From: Deltaproteobacteria bacterium
GTDB taxonomy: Bacteria > UBA10199 > JADFYH01
DNA length: 64,000 nt
NCBI GenBank assembly: GCA_015233135.1
Contig: JADFYH010000010.1
Coordinates: forward strand, 7,565-71,564
Direction: 5' to 3'
The position numbers were made by a program, and so were the translations under genes. Below, in pieces: positions 51,243-60,464 of the stretch (the first letter of the stretch is position 1; each line of letters begins with the position of its first letter). The notes under the pieces were generated by a model, which was not told the DNA's origin, searched no databases, and worked only from the letters and a program-made list of their open reading frames with translations.

Positions 51243-52114
51243 AACGATCTCCCCAAGTTTTGTACAAAGTTTTTCAGCTCTTCTCGAAACTCTTCCCGCT
51301 TTAAACCAAAGGCCAGGTTGGCTTTTAAGAAGCCCAGCTTATCTCCCGTATCGTAGCGGGTGCCAGAAATTTCTTGTCCGTAAATTTTTTCTTTTTTAAG
51401 CAAAAGATTGAGCGCATCAGTGAGTTGAATTTCTCCGTTAATGCCGGGTGTTACTCTTCGAAGGCACTTAAAAATTTTTGGGTTGAGGACATAGCGTCCT
51501 ACAATACTTAAATTGGAAGGGGCTTCTTCTGCATTAGGCTTTTCGATGAGATTGGTTATTTCAAAACAACGATCGGTTACGGGAAGGGCCGCCACAATGC
51601 CATAGAGGTTCACTCTTTCTTTTTCAACCTGTTGCAAACCGATGATACTGCTTTTGTATTTTGCGTAAGCGTCTATCAGTTCTTTGCTGGAGGGATTTTC
51701 AGCATCCAGCACTTCATCGGGTAGACAGACCAAAAAAGGCTCGTCTCCTACCACATCTTCGGCACACAAAATGGCGTGTCCCAAGCCCAAGGGCCTGGAT
51801 TGCCACACCGTAAAAAAATTGGCCAGCTCGGCCGGTTTTTTGATTTGATTCAGTAGATCGAATTTTTCCCGTTTCTCTAAAATATTTTCCAGCTCCGGGG
51901 CGTAATCGAAATAATCCATGATGCTTTGCTTGCCGCGACCCGTGACCAGAATGATTTCTTCAATACCGGAGGCGACCGCTTCTTCTACGATATATTGGAC
52001 GGAAGGCTTATCTACGATGGGCAGCAATTCTTTGGGAATTACTTTGGTGGCAGGCAGAAAGCGAGTGCCTAAACCTGCAACGGGGATGACGGCTTTTTTG
52101 ATTTTTGTGTTCAT
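51239..52114 (-). CDS. galU: UTP--glucose-1-phosphate uridylyltransferase
   Basis: KAVIPVAGLGTRFLPATKVIPKELLPIVDKP signature. Confidence 0.92.
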   Translation of the reverse strand: MNTKIKKAVIPVAGLGTRFLPATKVIPKELLPIVDKPSVQYIVEEAVASGIEEIILVTGRGKQSIMDYFDYAPELENILEKREKFDLLNQIKKPAELANFFTVWQSRPLGLGHAILCAEDVVGDEPFLVCLPDEVLDAENPSSKELIDAYAKYKSSIIGLQQVEKERVNLYGIVAALPVTDRCFEITNLIEKPNAEEAPSNLSIVGRYVLNPKIFKCLRRVTPGINGEIQLTDALNLLLKKEKIYGQEISGTRYDTGDKLGFLKANLAFGLKREEFREELKNFVQNLGRSL

Positions 52115-52129
52115 GATTGAAATTCAATT

Positions 52130-52163
52130 AAAAAAATACGGCCAGAACAAAAATATCCTGGCC
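52130..52163 (-). terminator. possible intrinsic terminator of the beta-propeller lipoprotein gene
   Basis: On the minus strand, ggccag-N12-ctggcc is followed by gtattttttt (T7). The stem is only 6 bp. Confidence 0.35.
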
Positions 52164-52205
52164 ATATTTTCAAGGAGGGGTCAATAAATTGCTTTTGTAT
52201 TTGCT

Positions 52206-54200
52206 TTAGTCGTTTACGGTGTTTCCACTACTGATCGAAAGATGCTGGCTGTCTTGGATGTTGCCTGCACTATCCTGAAATCCAATCACAAGTTGATCGC
52301 CCATCAAACCTAAGACTTGGTCTTCTAAAAATATTGGACGCGTATTTCCATACCAATCGATGCAGGAAGTCGTACAAGTGTTTTCATTATTCAAAGAACT
52401 CTGCACAGAAAAAACTCCTGCCGTTTGAATTTTTTCATCTACAATATTAAAGAAACTCAGTTGGGCCGCGCTGTTGCCTTGCCAAAAGACAGTCGTAGGA
52501 TAAGGCCCTTCAGCGCTTTTATGGGTGGCAATTGCAAAGCTTCTGAAATTTTTATCCTCATGATAAAAATAGGCATGAGATCTGGATTCCGCCTCGTTAA
52601 CTCCACTTAAATCATAACTGCTGCTCACTTGAGGGTTAGGTGTATCCAGCTGAACTAAACTCAAAATAAAATTATTGTTTCGAGTTTCAGTATTTGCTCC
52701 TATCACCATTAGGTCTTTCCCTGCCAATTCTATTCTTGAAATGGACTGCGAAGCTAAATCGAGGTTTGTTATAACACCTGTTTCTCGCTGTACAAGTTTA
52801 AGAGAATTATTAAGGTTATAAGCCAGGTAATTCTCCTGAAAACGGACTAAATTGGCTGTGCGGCCGGGCAGACATTGATAATGGTTGCTAGAGACTTCTT
52901 GGGCGCTAGTTTGAAAGTCGCTTAGATTAAATTGGACCCATAAATTCCCATGATTTCCATCGTCACTTGAACAGGGAGAAGACTGTTCTTGTTCGCTCGC
53001 AAAAACAGAGAGAGTATTATTTTTTTCGCTAAAGGCGAATTGGCTTAAAGGAGTTCCGCGTGTTTTTACAACGCCGCTTCCGTTGGAATTTAAATCCAAG
53101 GCATATAAATAAGCTTCGTCCCGAGAAACAGGATAACGATAAGTGAGATTCGGAGTAGGCATTTCGGGAACCACTCCCCCTAGATTGCTGGAGCTAGGAA
53201 CTTCTCGAATTTCTTCACTGTTCACCCAAAGATAGGCGCGATTTTCGCTGACATAATATTGATGCTGATATTCCCCAATAACCGCCCGACCTTTGCAACT
53301 TAAATTGGGAGCTGCCTCCAAATCACAAACAACGATGCTGTGCAGATAAGGGTAAAGCGTGTCTTGCAAGGGCTTATAAATATCGGCGGAAGAAAGCAAA
53401 GTGCCTACAGTTTCACTGTTCCCGTTTCCTATATAGCGATAATATTTCGGATACTGAGGTTCTCCACTGGTGCTCATGATATTTTGGTAATAGTAGGACA
53501 TGTAGAAAACGAGTTTGTTCCCCACCTGACGGCCGCTGTAATTTTGCCGAGAATAATAGTCAGAAGATTTCAAGAAGAAGGTATTTTGTCTTGTAAAGGC
53601 CCCGTCATTTTCGATGCGGAAGAAATTGATTTCTGTAAACCCCCCATCGCTCGAGTAATCACTGGTGAGGGAGTAACGGTAGCCAATTACGATGGCCAAA
53701 TTGTCTTTCATCAACAGCTCATCGTACCATACGCTGTCACTGAGCCCATCCGCCTTTACCGCGCTTTCTCCGGTTTTGTGCAGCTGATGGTTGCTGGCAA
53801 TTTGAGCAGTGTAAAGTTTTCCTTGATGCAGGGTGATAATAAAATCTCGATAATTTTTGACGATATCGCCTTCATCTACTCCAGATTCTTGATTGTTAGT
53901 GATGTTGCTGTTTTCTCCACTGGAAGTTGGACTCACACTTCCTTGTGCTGGAGCCATGGCAGAGTCTGTGCCAGGATTAGGCGGTTGGGAAGGAGTGGGC
54001 GGATTCAAATGGCGAATCCGATCCGTACTGCTCAAGAGATAGGATTTCAATTCTTCTTCCCCGCGAAAAGAAGTGAGTTGTGTTTCTAAAACTGTTCCTG
54101 GCTGGAGCGCAGTAGATTGGGATTGGCTAGGTTCTGGAGAAGAACCTCCGCAGGCATTCAAAGTAAAAATGAGACTGCACAGCACATAGATTTTTTTCAT
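52206..54200 (-). CDS. beta-propeller domain lipoprotein (PF09826-like)
   Basis: Lipobox LNAC and NNQESGVDEGDIVKNYRDFIITL, which is typical of the secreted beta-propeller family. Confidence 0.65.
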   Translation of the reverse strand: MKKIYVLCSLIFTLNACGGSSPEPSQSQSTALQPGTVLETQLTSFRGEEELKSYLLSSTDRIRHLNPPTPSQPPNPGTDSAMAPAQGSVSPTSSGENSNITNNQESGVDEGDIVKNYRDFIITLHQGKLYTAQIASNHQLHKTGESAVKADGLSDSVWYDELLMKDNLAIVIGYRYSLTSDYSSDGGFTEINFFRIENDGAFTRQNTFFLKSSDYYSRQNYSGRQVGNKLVFYMSYYYQNIMSTSGEPQYPKYYRYIGNGNSETVGTLLSSADIYKPLQDTLYPYLHSIVVCDLEAAPNLSCKGRAVIGEYQHQYYVSENRAYLWVNSEEIREVPSSSNLGGVVPEMPTPNLTYRYPVSRDEAYLYALDLNSNGSGVVKTRGTPLSQFAFSEKNNTLSVFASEQEQSSPCSSDDGNHGNLWVQFNLSDFQTSAQEVSSNHYQCLPGRTANLVRFQENYLAYNLNNSLKLVQRETGVITNLDLASQSISRIELAGKDLMVIGANTETRNNNFILSLVQLDTPNPQVSSSYDLSGVNEAESRSHAYFYHEDKNFRSFAIATHKSAEGPYPTTVFWQGNSAAQLSFFNIVDEKIQTAGVFSVQSSLNNENTCTTSCIDWYGNTRPIFLEDQVLGLMGDQLVIGFQDSAGNIQDSQHLSISSGNTVND

Positions 54201-54264
54201 AAGTTTTTCCTCGTTATAATTTCTGATTTAAATTTTCTCAGGGCGCGTGTTCCCCGGGAAAAAA

Positions 54265-54630
54265 TTATTCTTCTAAGGTCTCTTTTATATTTTCTTCCAC
54301 TTCTTCTAGCTCTTGTTTTACCTCTTCTTCCTGGGTTGCTTTATCTTCCTCCAGCGTTAAAGTTTTGTTGGGAGTTGTCGGTGTGATTTGTTGTATGGGA
54401 TGAGGAAGTATTTTTTTTACTGGAGGATTTTCTGGTACTGCAGCAGGTTCAGGTATTGAAACACCAGGAGATTGGGGATTTGCAGTGTCGCCGGAAGGTG
54501 CTGCACTGGGTGCTGGGACAGGATTTCCCACTTCGGTGCCGCCTGATCCACAGGAGGAGAGGAGGGTGAGGAATACGAAAAACACAAATAGTAAAACACC
54601 CCTTCTCCCTTGATGGGAGATAGAGTACAC
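54265..54630 (-). CDS. small proline-rich/acidic lipoprotein
   Basis: Signal peptide with lipobox (RRGVLLFVFFVFLTLLSSC). I favour GTG 54630 behind GGGAGAGGG. The ORF-track start at 54741 adds 37 aa encoded by repeat DNA and overlaps the upstream gene. Confidence 0.5.
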   Translation of the reverse strand: MYSISHQGRRGVLLFVFFVFLTLLSSCGSGGTEVGNPVPAPSAAPSGDTANPQSPGVSIPEPAAVPENPPVKKILPHPIQQITPTTPNKTLTLEEDKATQEEEVKQELEEVEENIKETLEE

Positions 54631-54677
54631 CGAAGAATCACCCTCTCCCTGCCCTCTCCCATCGATGGAGAGGGTGG
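54604..54677. repeat. cluster of family B GC-rich palindromes
   Basis: tctccc-ttgat-gggaga (54604-54620). ccctctcc-N7-ggagaggg (54652-54674), with an alternative 10-bp arm caccctctcc (54639-54648). Confidence 0.75.
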
Positions 54678-54707
54678 AAAATAAAAATCGCGTAACAAGG
54701 TGTTTTA

Positions 54708-55553
54708 CTAATTTTTCTCTTTGTTCTGGTGCCATACACACTCCGTTAAATTAAAAAGTTGAAAATTCAGTTGATACACCGTGCTGGCGGCTTGCTCGTC
54801 TTGCACGAGCGACAAAATCTCTTTTCGAAAATCCTGAAGGCGTTTTTTGACTTCTAAAAATTTTTCTTCGGAAAGGGCCAAGGTGAGAGAAGAGATGTCT
54901 CGTTCTTCCGCTGAAGTTTTCTGAAGAGCTTCCTTGGCTTTTTCAATCATGCCTTGATGAAAGCGAAAGGCAGCCAGACTGGCGACTTCGTTGCCGGTCG
55001 AAATTGCCCTTTGCTTGGCCCGGAGCTTGCCTTCGGCATTGCGCTCTAACAGACCCAGTGTTTCCAGAAGAGCCAAACTCTTTTTGATATCGCTGATTTT
55101 GATTTCTTTTCCGAGTTTTTCCTGAATCCAAAAAGGGTCTTCCTTAAAATCCTTCAATTCCACCATCTCGCGCAAGGCCACGTGGTGCCAGGCTTCGAGG
55201 TATTCCATCTGCGCGTGATCCAAATGTTGAAGGGGTAAATCCTGTCGGGTTTGCCTGAGTTTTTGGTAGGCCTCTTCTTTGCTTTGAAAATCCTTGGCCT
55301 GGTTGAAATTCACCAAGGCCTTAAAAAAAGCGCATTCCTTTTCATTCAAATCAAAGGCCTTGCAAACCTTGCACAGACTGTCTTCGGTGAGGTTGCGTTT
55401 TCCATCCATCACTAGTTTTAAAAAATTGGGGGAAGTAAAACCCGCTTTAGTAGAAAGAGCACGGTGCGTGACGTTGCGTTTGTGCTTTTTTAAATACGCA
55501 AAGCGCTCTTTCAAAAACTCCCGATAATCCAGATATTGAAAAACCTTCTTCAT
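54708..55553 (-). CDS. TIGR02147-family protein (putative HTH regulator)
   Basis: The N-terminus MKKVFQYLDYREFLKERFAYLKKHKRNVTHRALSTKAGFTSPNFLKLVMDGKRNLT matches my recollection of the TIGR02147 family. Confidence 0.6.
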   Translation of the reverse strand: MKKVFQYLDYREFLKERFAYLKKHKRNVTHRALSTKAGFTSPNFLKLVMDGKRNLTEDSLCKVCKAFDLNEKECAFFKALVNFNQAKDFQSKEEAYQKLRQTRQDLPLQHLDHAQMEYLEAWHHVALREMVELKDFKEDPFWIQEKLGKEIKISDIKKSLALLETLGLLERNAEGKLRAKQRAISTGNEVASLAAFRFHQGMIEKAKEALQKTSAEERDISSLTLALSEEKFLEVKKRLQDFRKEILSLVQDEQAASTVYQLNFQLFNLTECVWHQNKEKN

Positions 55554-55722
55554 AGGTCTGGCCTATAGACCTATTTTTGGGATGAATTCAATACGCATTT
55601 ATTATCAATTATTAATTATTTGAATACAAAAGCAGTATAAATACTAATAATTTAAATATGTTGAATTTATTAATATTTGAATAAATTATTTTTTAGAATA
55701 CAAATTGCTGCTGTATTGACCT

Positions 55723-56922
55723 CTATGGCAAGGCCTGTAAAAAACGATTGGCCGAACAAAGATAAAGACCCTTTTCTCCTGTTTCTAACAGATAGGAGTT
55801 TGCGTCGTAAAAAACCTGGAAGGCGTAGGGCGTAGCTAAAATTTTGTGAAAATAAGGGAGCGAGGAATCGAGTTGTTTCTCCGCAAATTTAGCTTCGACC
55901 AGCAGGAAGGGTTTTTGATTTTTTGTGATTAAAAAATCACATTCTTTTTTCTCTTTGTTACGAACATAATGGAGTTGAAAAATTCCATATCCCATATCGG
56001 TCCAGTACTGACAGGCCTTCAGAAGATGGGTGGCTATCAGATTTTCGAATTTTGAACCTTCATTTTCTAAAGAAGACCAATCGTAAAAATAAATTTTTTT
56101 CTGTTGTTTTAAAGATCGGGCGATTTTTTTGAAATAGGGTGAAATCGAAAAGAGGAGAAAGAGCTTTTCCAAAGTGCTTATCCAGTTTTGAACACTGCGG
56201 ATGTTTACATCCAAATCTTCACGAAGTGAATTCAGAGAAAGCGGACTTCCGATTCTTTCGGGTAACAAAAGAAGCATTTGTTCAATGAGTCCAATCTCCC
56301 GGATGTGAGACAAGTCTCTTAAATCCTCCCGTAAAATGAGACGCCGATAATCGTTTTGCCATCTGCCCAAATAAAGATCTTCTGCCTTAAACAAGGGGTC
56401 GGGAAAGCCACCAAAATGCCACAATTGTTCCAGCTCATTTTTGTATTTAGCCTTGGAGATATCCAGTATTTTTTGGATGCAGTTTTGAGGTGCAAGATCC
56501 TGCTTATAAGACCCGGCAAGTTCTCCTAAAGAAAAAGGAGCGAGGTGAAATTGATTGTATCTACCCAGGAGTGAATCGCCTCCACGCTGATAGATATCCA
56601 ATCTGCCGCTGCCAGTAACTAATATTTCCACATTATTTCTATTGAGGTCATAAAAACCTTTTAAAAATCTTTTCCATCGCGGATATTTGTGAATTTCATC
56701 CAAAACAATGCGTGATAAAATTTTGGGCTCTTTCCAGAATGTGTCTGGATTTTTAAGTATGTTTTTTTGTTGAGTGGCATTGTCCCAGTTAAAATAGCCT
56801 TCCTGCTCCGGGTTTAAAAAAGATTGCGCCAAAGTCGTTTTGCCAACTTGCCTGGGCCCAGTAATGAAAGCCATTTTGTGGTTGTTTAGTGTTTCTTGAA
56901 GGATTTTTTTAAGGTAGCGCAT
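55723..56922 (-). CDS. AAA-family ATPase with DUF4143-like C-terminus
   Basis: Walker A GPRQVGKTT. ATG 56922 (MRYLKKIL) is preferred over the TTG at 56958. Confidence 0.7.
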   Translation of the reverse strand: MRYLKKILQETLNNHKMAFITGPRQVGKTTLAQSFLNPEQEGYFNWDNATQQKNILKNPDTFWKEPKILSRIVLDEIHKYPRWKRFLKGFYDLNRNNVEILVTGSGRLDIYQRGGDSLLGRYNQFHLAPFSLGELAGSYKQDLAPQNCIQKILDISKAKYKNELEQLWHFGGFPDPLFKAEDLYLGRWQNDYRRLILREDLRDLSHIREIGLIEQMLLLLPERIGSPLSLNSLREDLDVNIRSVQNWISTLEKLFLLFSISPYFKKIARSLKQQKKIYFYDWSSLENEGSKFENLIATHLLKACQYWTDMGYGIFQLHYVRNKEKKECDFLITKNQKPFLLVEAKFAEKQLDSSLPYFHKILATPYAFQVFYDANSYLLETGEKGLYLCSANRFLQALP

Positions 56923-57098
56923 TGCTGTAAATTTTGTATAACTATACAAATAAGTCAAAACTTATTTGTATGTGTGTGCAAAATAGTCATTCAAGTATAG
57001 CTTTCAAACCTCCGTAGCTGCATTCTCGCGCGGAGCGTGGAAACGAGAAAGAGAATGATATTTGACACCCAATTCCAGCTATGATCTCTTAAAAAGCT

Positions 57099-59912
57099 AT
57101 GACCGAATCCACAGCAAAACCCGACTACAAAAACACCCTCAATCTCCCAAAAACCGACTTTCCCATGAAGGCCGATCTTCCCAACAAAGAGCCGGAGCGT
57201 CTCAAGTTTTGGGCAAATCAAGGCACTTATCGCAAACTGATTTCCAACAACATTTCAAAACCCAAATACGTGTTGCATGATGGTCCTCCTTACGCGAATG
57301 GGCATATCCATTTCGGACATATTCTCAACAAGACGCTCAAAGATTTCATCGTCAAATACAAAAACATGTCGGGCTCTCTCACCGAGTTTATTCCGGGTTG
57401 GGATTGCCACGGCCTGCCGATCGAGTTGCAGGTGGACAAAGATCTGGGGGCCAAAAAACGTGAGATGTCGGTGGTACAGATTCGGGAGGCCTGTCGCGAG
57501 TATGCCAACAAATATGTGGATATTCAGCGCGAAGAGTTTAAGCGTCTGGGGATTTTTGCGCGCTGGGAAACGCCCTATCTCACCATGAATTATGCCTATG
57601 AGGCCGCCACGCTGCGGGAGTTGGGCAAGCTGGTAAAAAATGGCCTGGTGTATCGCGGTCGTAAACCGGTGCACTGGTGCATGAGTTGTAATACAGCCCT
57701 GGCAGAGGCTGAGGTGGAATACGAAGACCATCAGTCTCCTTCGGTGCATGTCAAATTCCCTTTGCTTTCCTTGTGGGAAGGAGCGGGTGAAGCACTGAAG
57801 ACCAAAAAAGTCTCTGTACTCATTTGGACCACCACTCCCTGGACTTTAGCCGCCAATGTGGCGGTGGCCTTGCACAAGGGCTTTGCCTATGTGGCCTTGG
57901 AAGTTGCGGAGAACGAAGTGTTGATTGTCGCGGAGGGGTTACTGGATTCGGTCCGAAAGCAGCTGGGTCTGGAAAGCGCGAGGGTATTGGATCGCATCAA
58001 TTCCAAAAAATTGGAAGGCCTGGATTGTCAGCATCCTTTTTTAGCTCGCAAATCCAAGGTGGTGCTTTCCGATCACGTCACACTGGAAGCCGGCACAGGC
58101 TGCGTGCACATTGCGCCGGGGCATGGACAAGAAGATTATGAAGTGGGTTTGAAATATCAACTGCCGGTCTTGAATCCCGTTGACTCGCGTGGGGCCTATA
58201 CCAGCGAGGTAGGTATTGAAGCCTGGGTAGGAAAAAAAGTATTTGATGCCAACACCCTGGTGGTGAATTTGCTGCAAGAAAACCAGATGCTGCTGAAGAC
58301 TGAGGAAATCACGCATTCCTATCCGCATTGCTGGCGTTGTAAAAAACCCGTCATCTTTCGTTCGACCGAACAATGGTTTGTTTCGATGAAAGAAGGCGAT
58401 CTGCGTCATCGTGCACTGGATGCCATTCGCCGCACGGCCTGGATTCCCCCTTGGGGCCGCGATCGCATTTACGGCATGGTGGAAAATCGACCCGATTGGT
58501 GTATCTCTCGTCAACGCAGCTGGGGGGTCCCCATTGTGGCCTTTCTTTGCAAAAAATGCCGTCAGGCCCTCATCCGCCAGGAACTTATCGAAAAAGTGGC
58601 TGCGCTTTTTGAGCAAGAGGGCGCGGATGCCTGGTTTAAGCGTTCTGCAGAAGAGCTGCTTCCTCAAGGCACAAAATGTAGTGCCTGCGCTCACAGCGAA
58701 TTTGAAAAAGAAGATGATATTTTAGACGTGTGGTTTGATTCCGGCGTGTCTTTTGCGGTGGTTTTGGAGCAAGAGACAAATTTGGCCTTCCCTGCAAACC
58801 TTTATTTGGAAGGATCAGACCAGCATCGCGGTTGGTTTCATTCCTCACTTTTGGCGGCGATGGGAACTCGCAATCAAGCCCCTTATCAATCCGTATTTAC
58901 CCATGGTTTTGTAGTGGATGGACAAGGAAAAAAATATTCCAAATCGGCCAAAAATTATACGCCTCCGGAAAATCTCATCAAAAAAATGGGTGCCGAAATT
59001 CTACGCCTGTGGGTGGCGGCCGAAGACTATCGTGGCGATATTCGGGTGTCGGACGAAATTATTTCGCGGCTTACCGAAACCTACCGAAAAATTCGCAACA
59101 CCCTGCGCTATCTTTTGGGAAACCTGTACGATTTTAACCCCGCGAAGGATGCCGTCCCTTATGAAAGACTGCAGGAGCTGGACCACTGGGCCCTGGACGC
59201 CTACGCGCGTCTGACTAAAAAACTAAAAGCGGCTTATGAAAGTTTTGAGTTTCATCAAATTTATCATGCCCTCAATCAATTTTGTACGGTGGAGCTTTCG
59301 TCGTTCTATCTGGATATTCTGAAAGACAGACTCTACACCTATGGCCCGCAAGGCCCTGAAAGACGGGCAGCACAGACGGTGCTCTTTCAATTGGTAAAAG
59401 GGATTTCTCTGTGGATGGCGCCTCTGCTGTCTTTTACGGCGGAGGAAACCTGGACCTACATTGCAGCTTTTGAAGGCAAAACAGAAAGTGTTTTTTGGAT
59501 GCCGCTGGAAGAAGCCCCTGCAGCCTGGATCCAGGAAGAGCTGTCCCTCAAATATACAAAAATCCGTGCGATCCGCGAAGAGGCCTTAAAGGCCCTGGAG
59601 CTGGCAAGAAAAGACAAAGTGATTGGTTCTTCGCTGGAAGCCCAGGTGCGTCTGAGTGCCGAAGGCGAGACCTTGAAATTACTCAAGGCCTACGAAAAAC
59701 AATGGGCCACGCTGCTGATTGTTTCTCAGGCCCTGGTGGTCTACGAGATAGAAAATCCTAACCATCAAAATGAAAATTTGGGTGAGCTGCAGATTCAGGT
59801 TGTTCTTGCTGAAGGGAAAAAATGTGAGCGTTGCTGGACCTATTCGACGACAGTGGGAAAACAAGCGGCAAGGCCAGAGGTGTGTGATCGCTGTTTTAAG
59901 GCGTTGATGTGA
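57099..59912 (+). CDS. ileS: isoleucine--tRNA ligase
   Basis: HIGH motif (HFGHILNK), KMSKS motif (KYSKSAKN) and C-terminal zinc-binding CERCW...CDRC. Confidence 0.97.
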   Translation: MTESTAKPDYKNTLNLPKTDFPMKADLPNKEPERLKFWANQGTYRKLISNNISKPKYVLHDGPPYANGHIHFGHILNKTLKDFIVKYKNMSGSLTEFIPGWDCHGLPIELQVDKDLGAKKREMSVVQIREACREYANKYVDIQREEFKRLGIFARWETPYLTMNYAYEAATLRELGKLVKNGLVYRGRKPVHWCMSCNTALAEAEVEYEDHQSPSVHVKFPLLSLWEGAGEALKTKKVSVLIWTTTPWTLAANVAVALHKGFAYVALEVAENEVLIVAEGLLDSVRKQLGLESARVLDRINSKKLEGLDCQHPFLARKSKVVLSDHVTLEAGTGCVHIAPGHGQEDYEVGLKYQLPVLNPVDSRGAYTSEVGIEAWVGKKVFDANTLVVNLLQENQMLLKTEEITHSYPHCWRCKKPVIFRSTEQWFVSMKEGDLRHRALDAIRRTAWIPPWGRDRIYGMVENRPDWCISRQRSWGVPIVAFLCKKCRQALIRQELIEKVAALFEQEGADAWFKRSAEELLPQGTKCSACAHSEFEKEDDILDVWFDSGVSFAVVLEQETNLAFPANLYLEGSDQHRGWFHSSLLAAMGTRNQAPYQSVFTHGFVVDGQGKKYSKSAKNYTPPENLIKKMGAEILRLWVAAEDYRGDIRVSDEIISRLTETYRKIRNTLRYLLGNLYDFNPAKDAVPYERLQELDHWALDAYARLTKKLKAAYESFEFHQIYHALNQFCTVELSSFYLDILKDRLYTYGPQGPERRAAQTVLFQLVKGISLWMAPLLSFTAEETWTYIAAFEGKTESVFWMPLEEAPAAWIQEELSLKYTKIRAIREEALKALELARKDKVIGSSLEAQVRLSAEGETLKLLKAYEKQWATLLIVSQALVVYEIENPNHQNENLGELQIQVVLAEGKKCERCWTYSTTVGKQAARPEVCDRCFKALM

Positions 59913-60445
59913 CAATCATGTCTTCCAAATACAAAATCCTATTTATCATTCTCCTCCTTGGCGTTTTCGCCGACCAACTCAGCAAACACTATGTGGTCCA
60001 ACATCTTGCGTTGTCTGATTCTTTTTCAATAATCCCCGGCTATTTTGATATTGTGCATTATCGCAATACGGGCGCCGCCTTTGGGATGTTTGCCCAGTGG
60101 GCTTCTCCTCTGCGGGAAGTTTTCTTTTACGGAGTTTTTAGCGTGGCCTTTATTTTCTTAGGTTACAGTTTTTATAGCACCCCTCTTTCCGATCGCTTTT
60201 CACTCGTCTCGCTTTCCCTTATTTTTTCGGGGGCCCTGGGAAATATAGTCGATCGACTTTTTCGCGGAAGCGTCGTGGACTTTTTGTTGTTTCACTGGCA
60301 GGATAAAATAATCCGAGTTGCAGGCCATACAGTAGATTTGGTTTGGCCCGCTTTTAATGTGGCGGATTCATGTATTACGGTGGGAGTGATTTTACTTTTA
60401 CTTTCTAATTTGAGACGAACTTCTCCAAAAGAAACTGATAACTGA
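59909..60445 (+). CDS. lspA: lipoprotein signal peptidase II
   Basis: NTGAAFG, VVDFL and FNVADS motifs. The GTG start overlaps the ileS stop, and an in-frame ATG lies at 59918. Confidence 0.9.
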   Translation: MTIMSSKYKILFIILLLGVFADQLSKHYVVQHLALSDSFSIIPGYFDIVHYRNTGAAFGMFAQWASPLREVFFYGVFSVAFIFLGYSFYSTPLSDRFSLVSLSLIFSGALGNIVDRLFRGSVVDFLLFHWQDKIIRVAGHTVDLVWPAFNVADSCITVGVILLLLSNLRRTSPKETDN

Positions 60446-60464
60446 TTACTAAGGAACTGATCTC

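Noticed and set aside
57062-57067. TTGACA as the ileS -35 box
   Set aside because: No acceptable -10 hexamer lies at 16-18 nt spacing. TATGAT is only 12 nt away.
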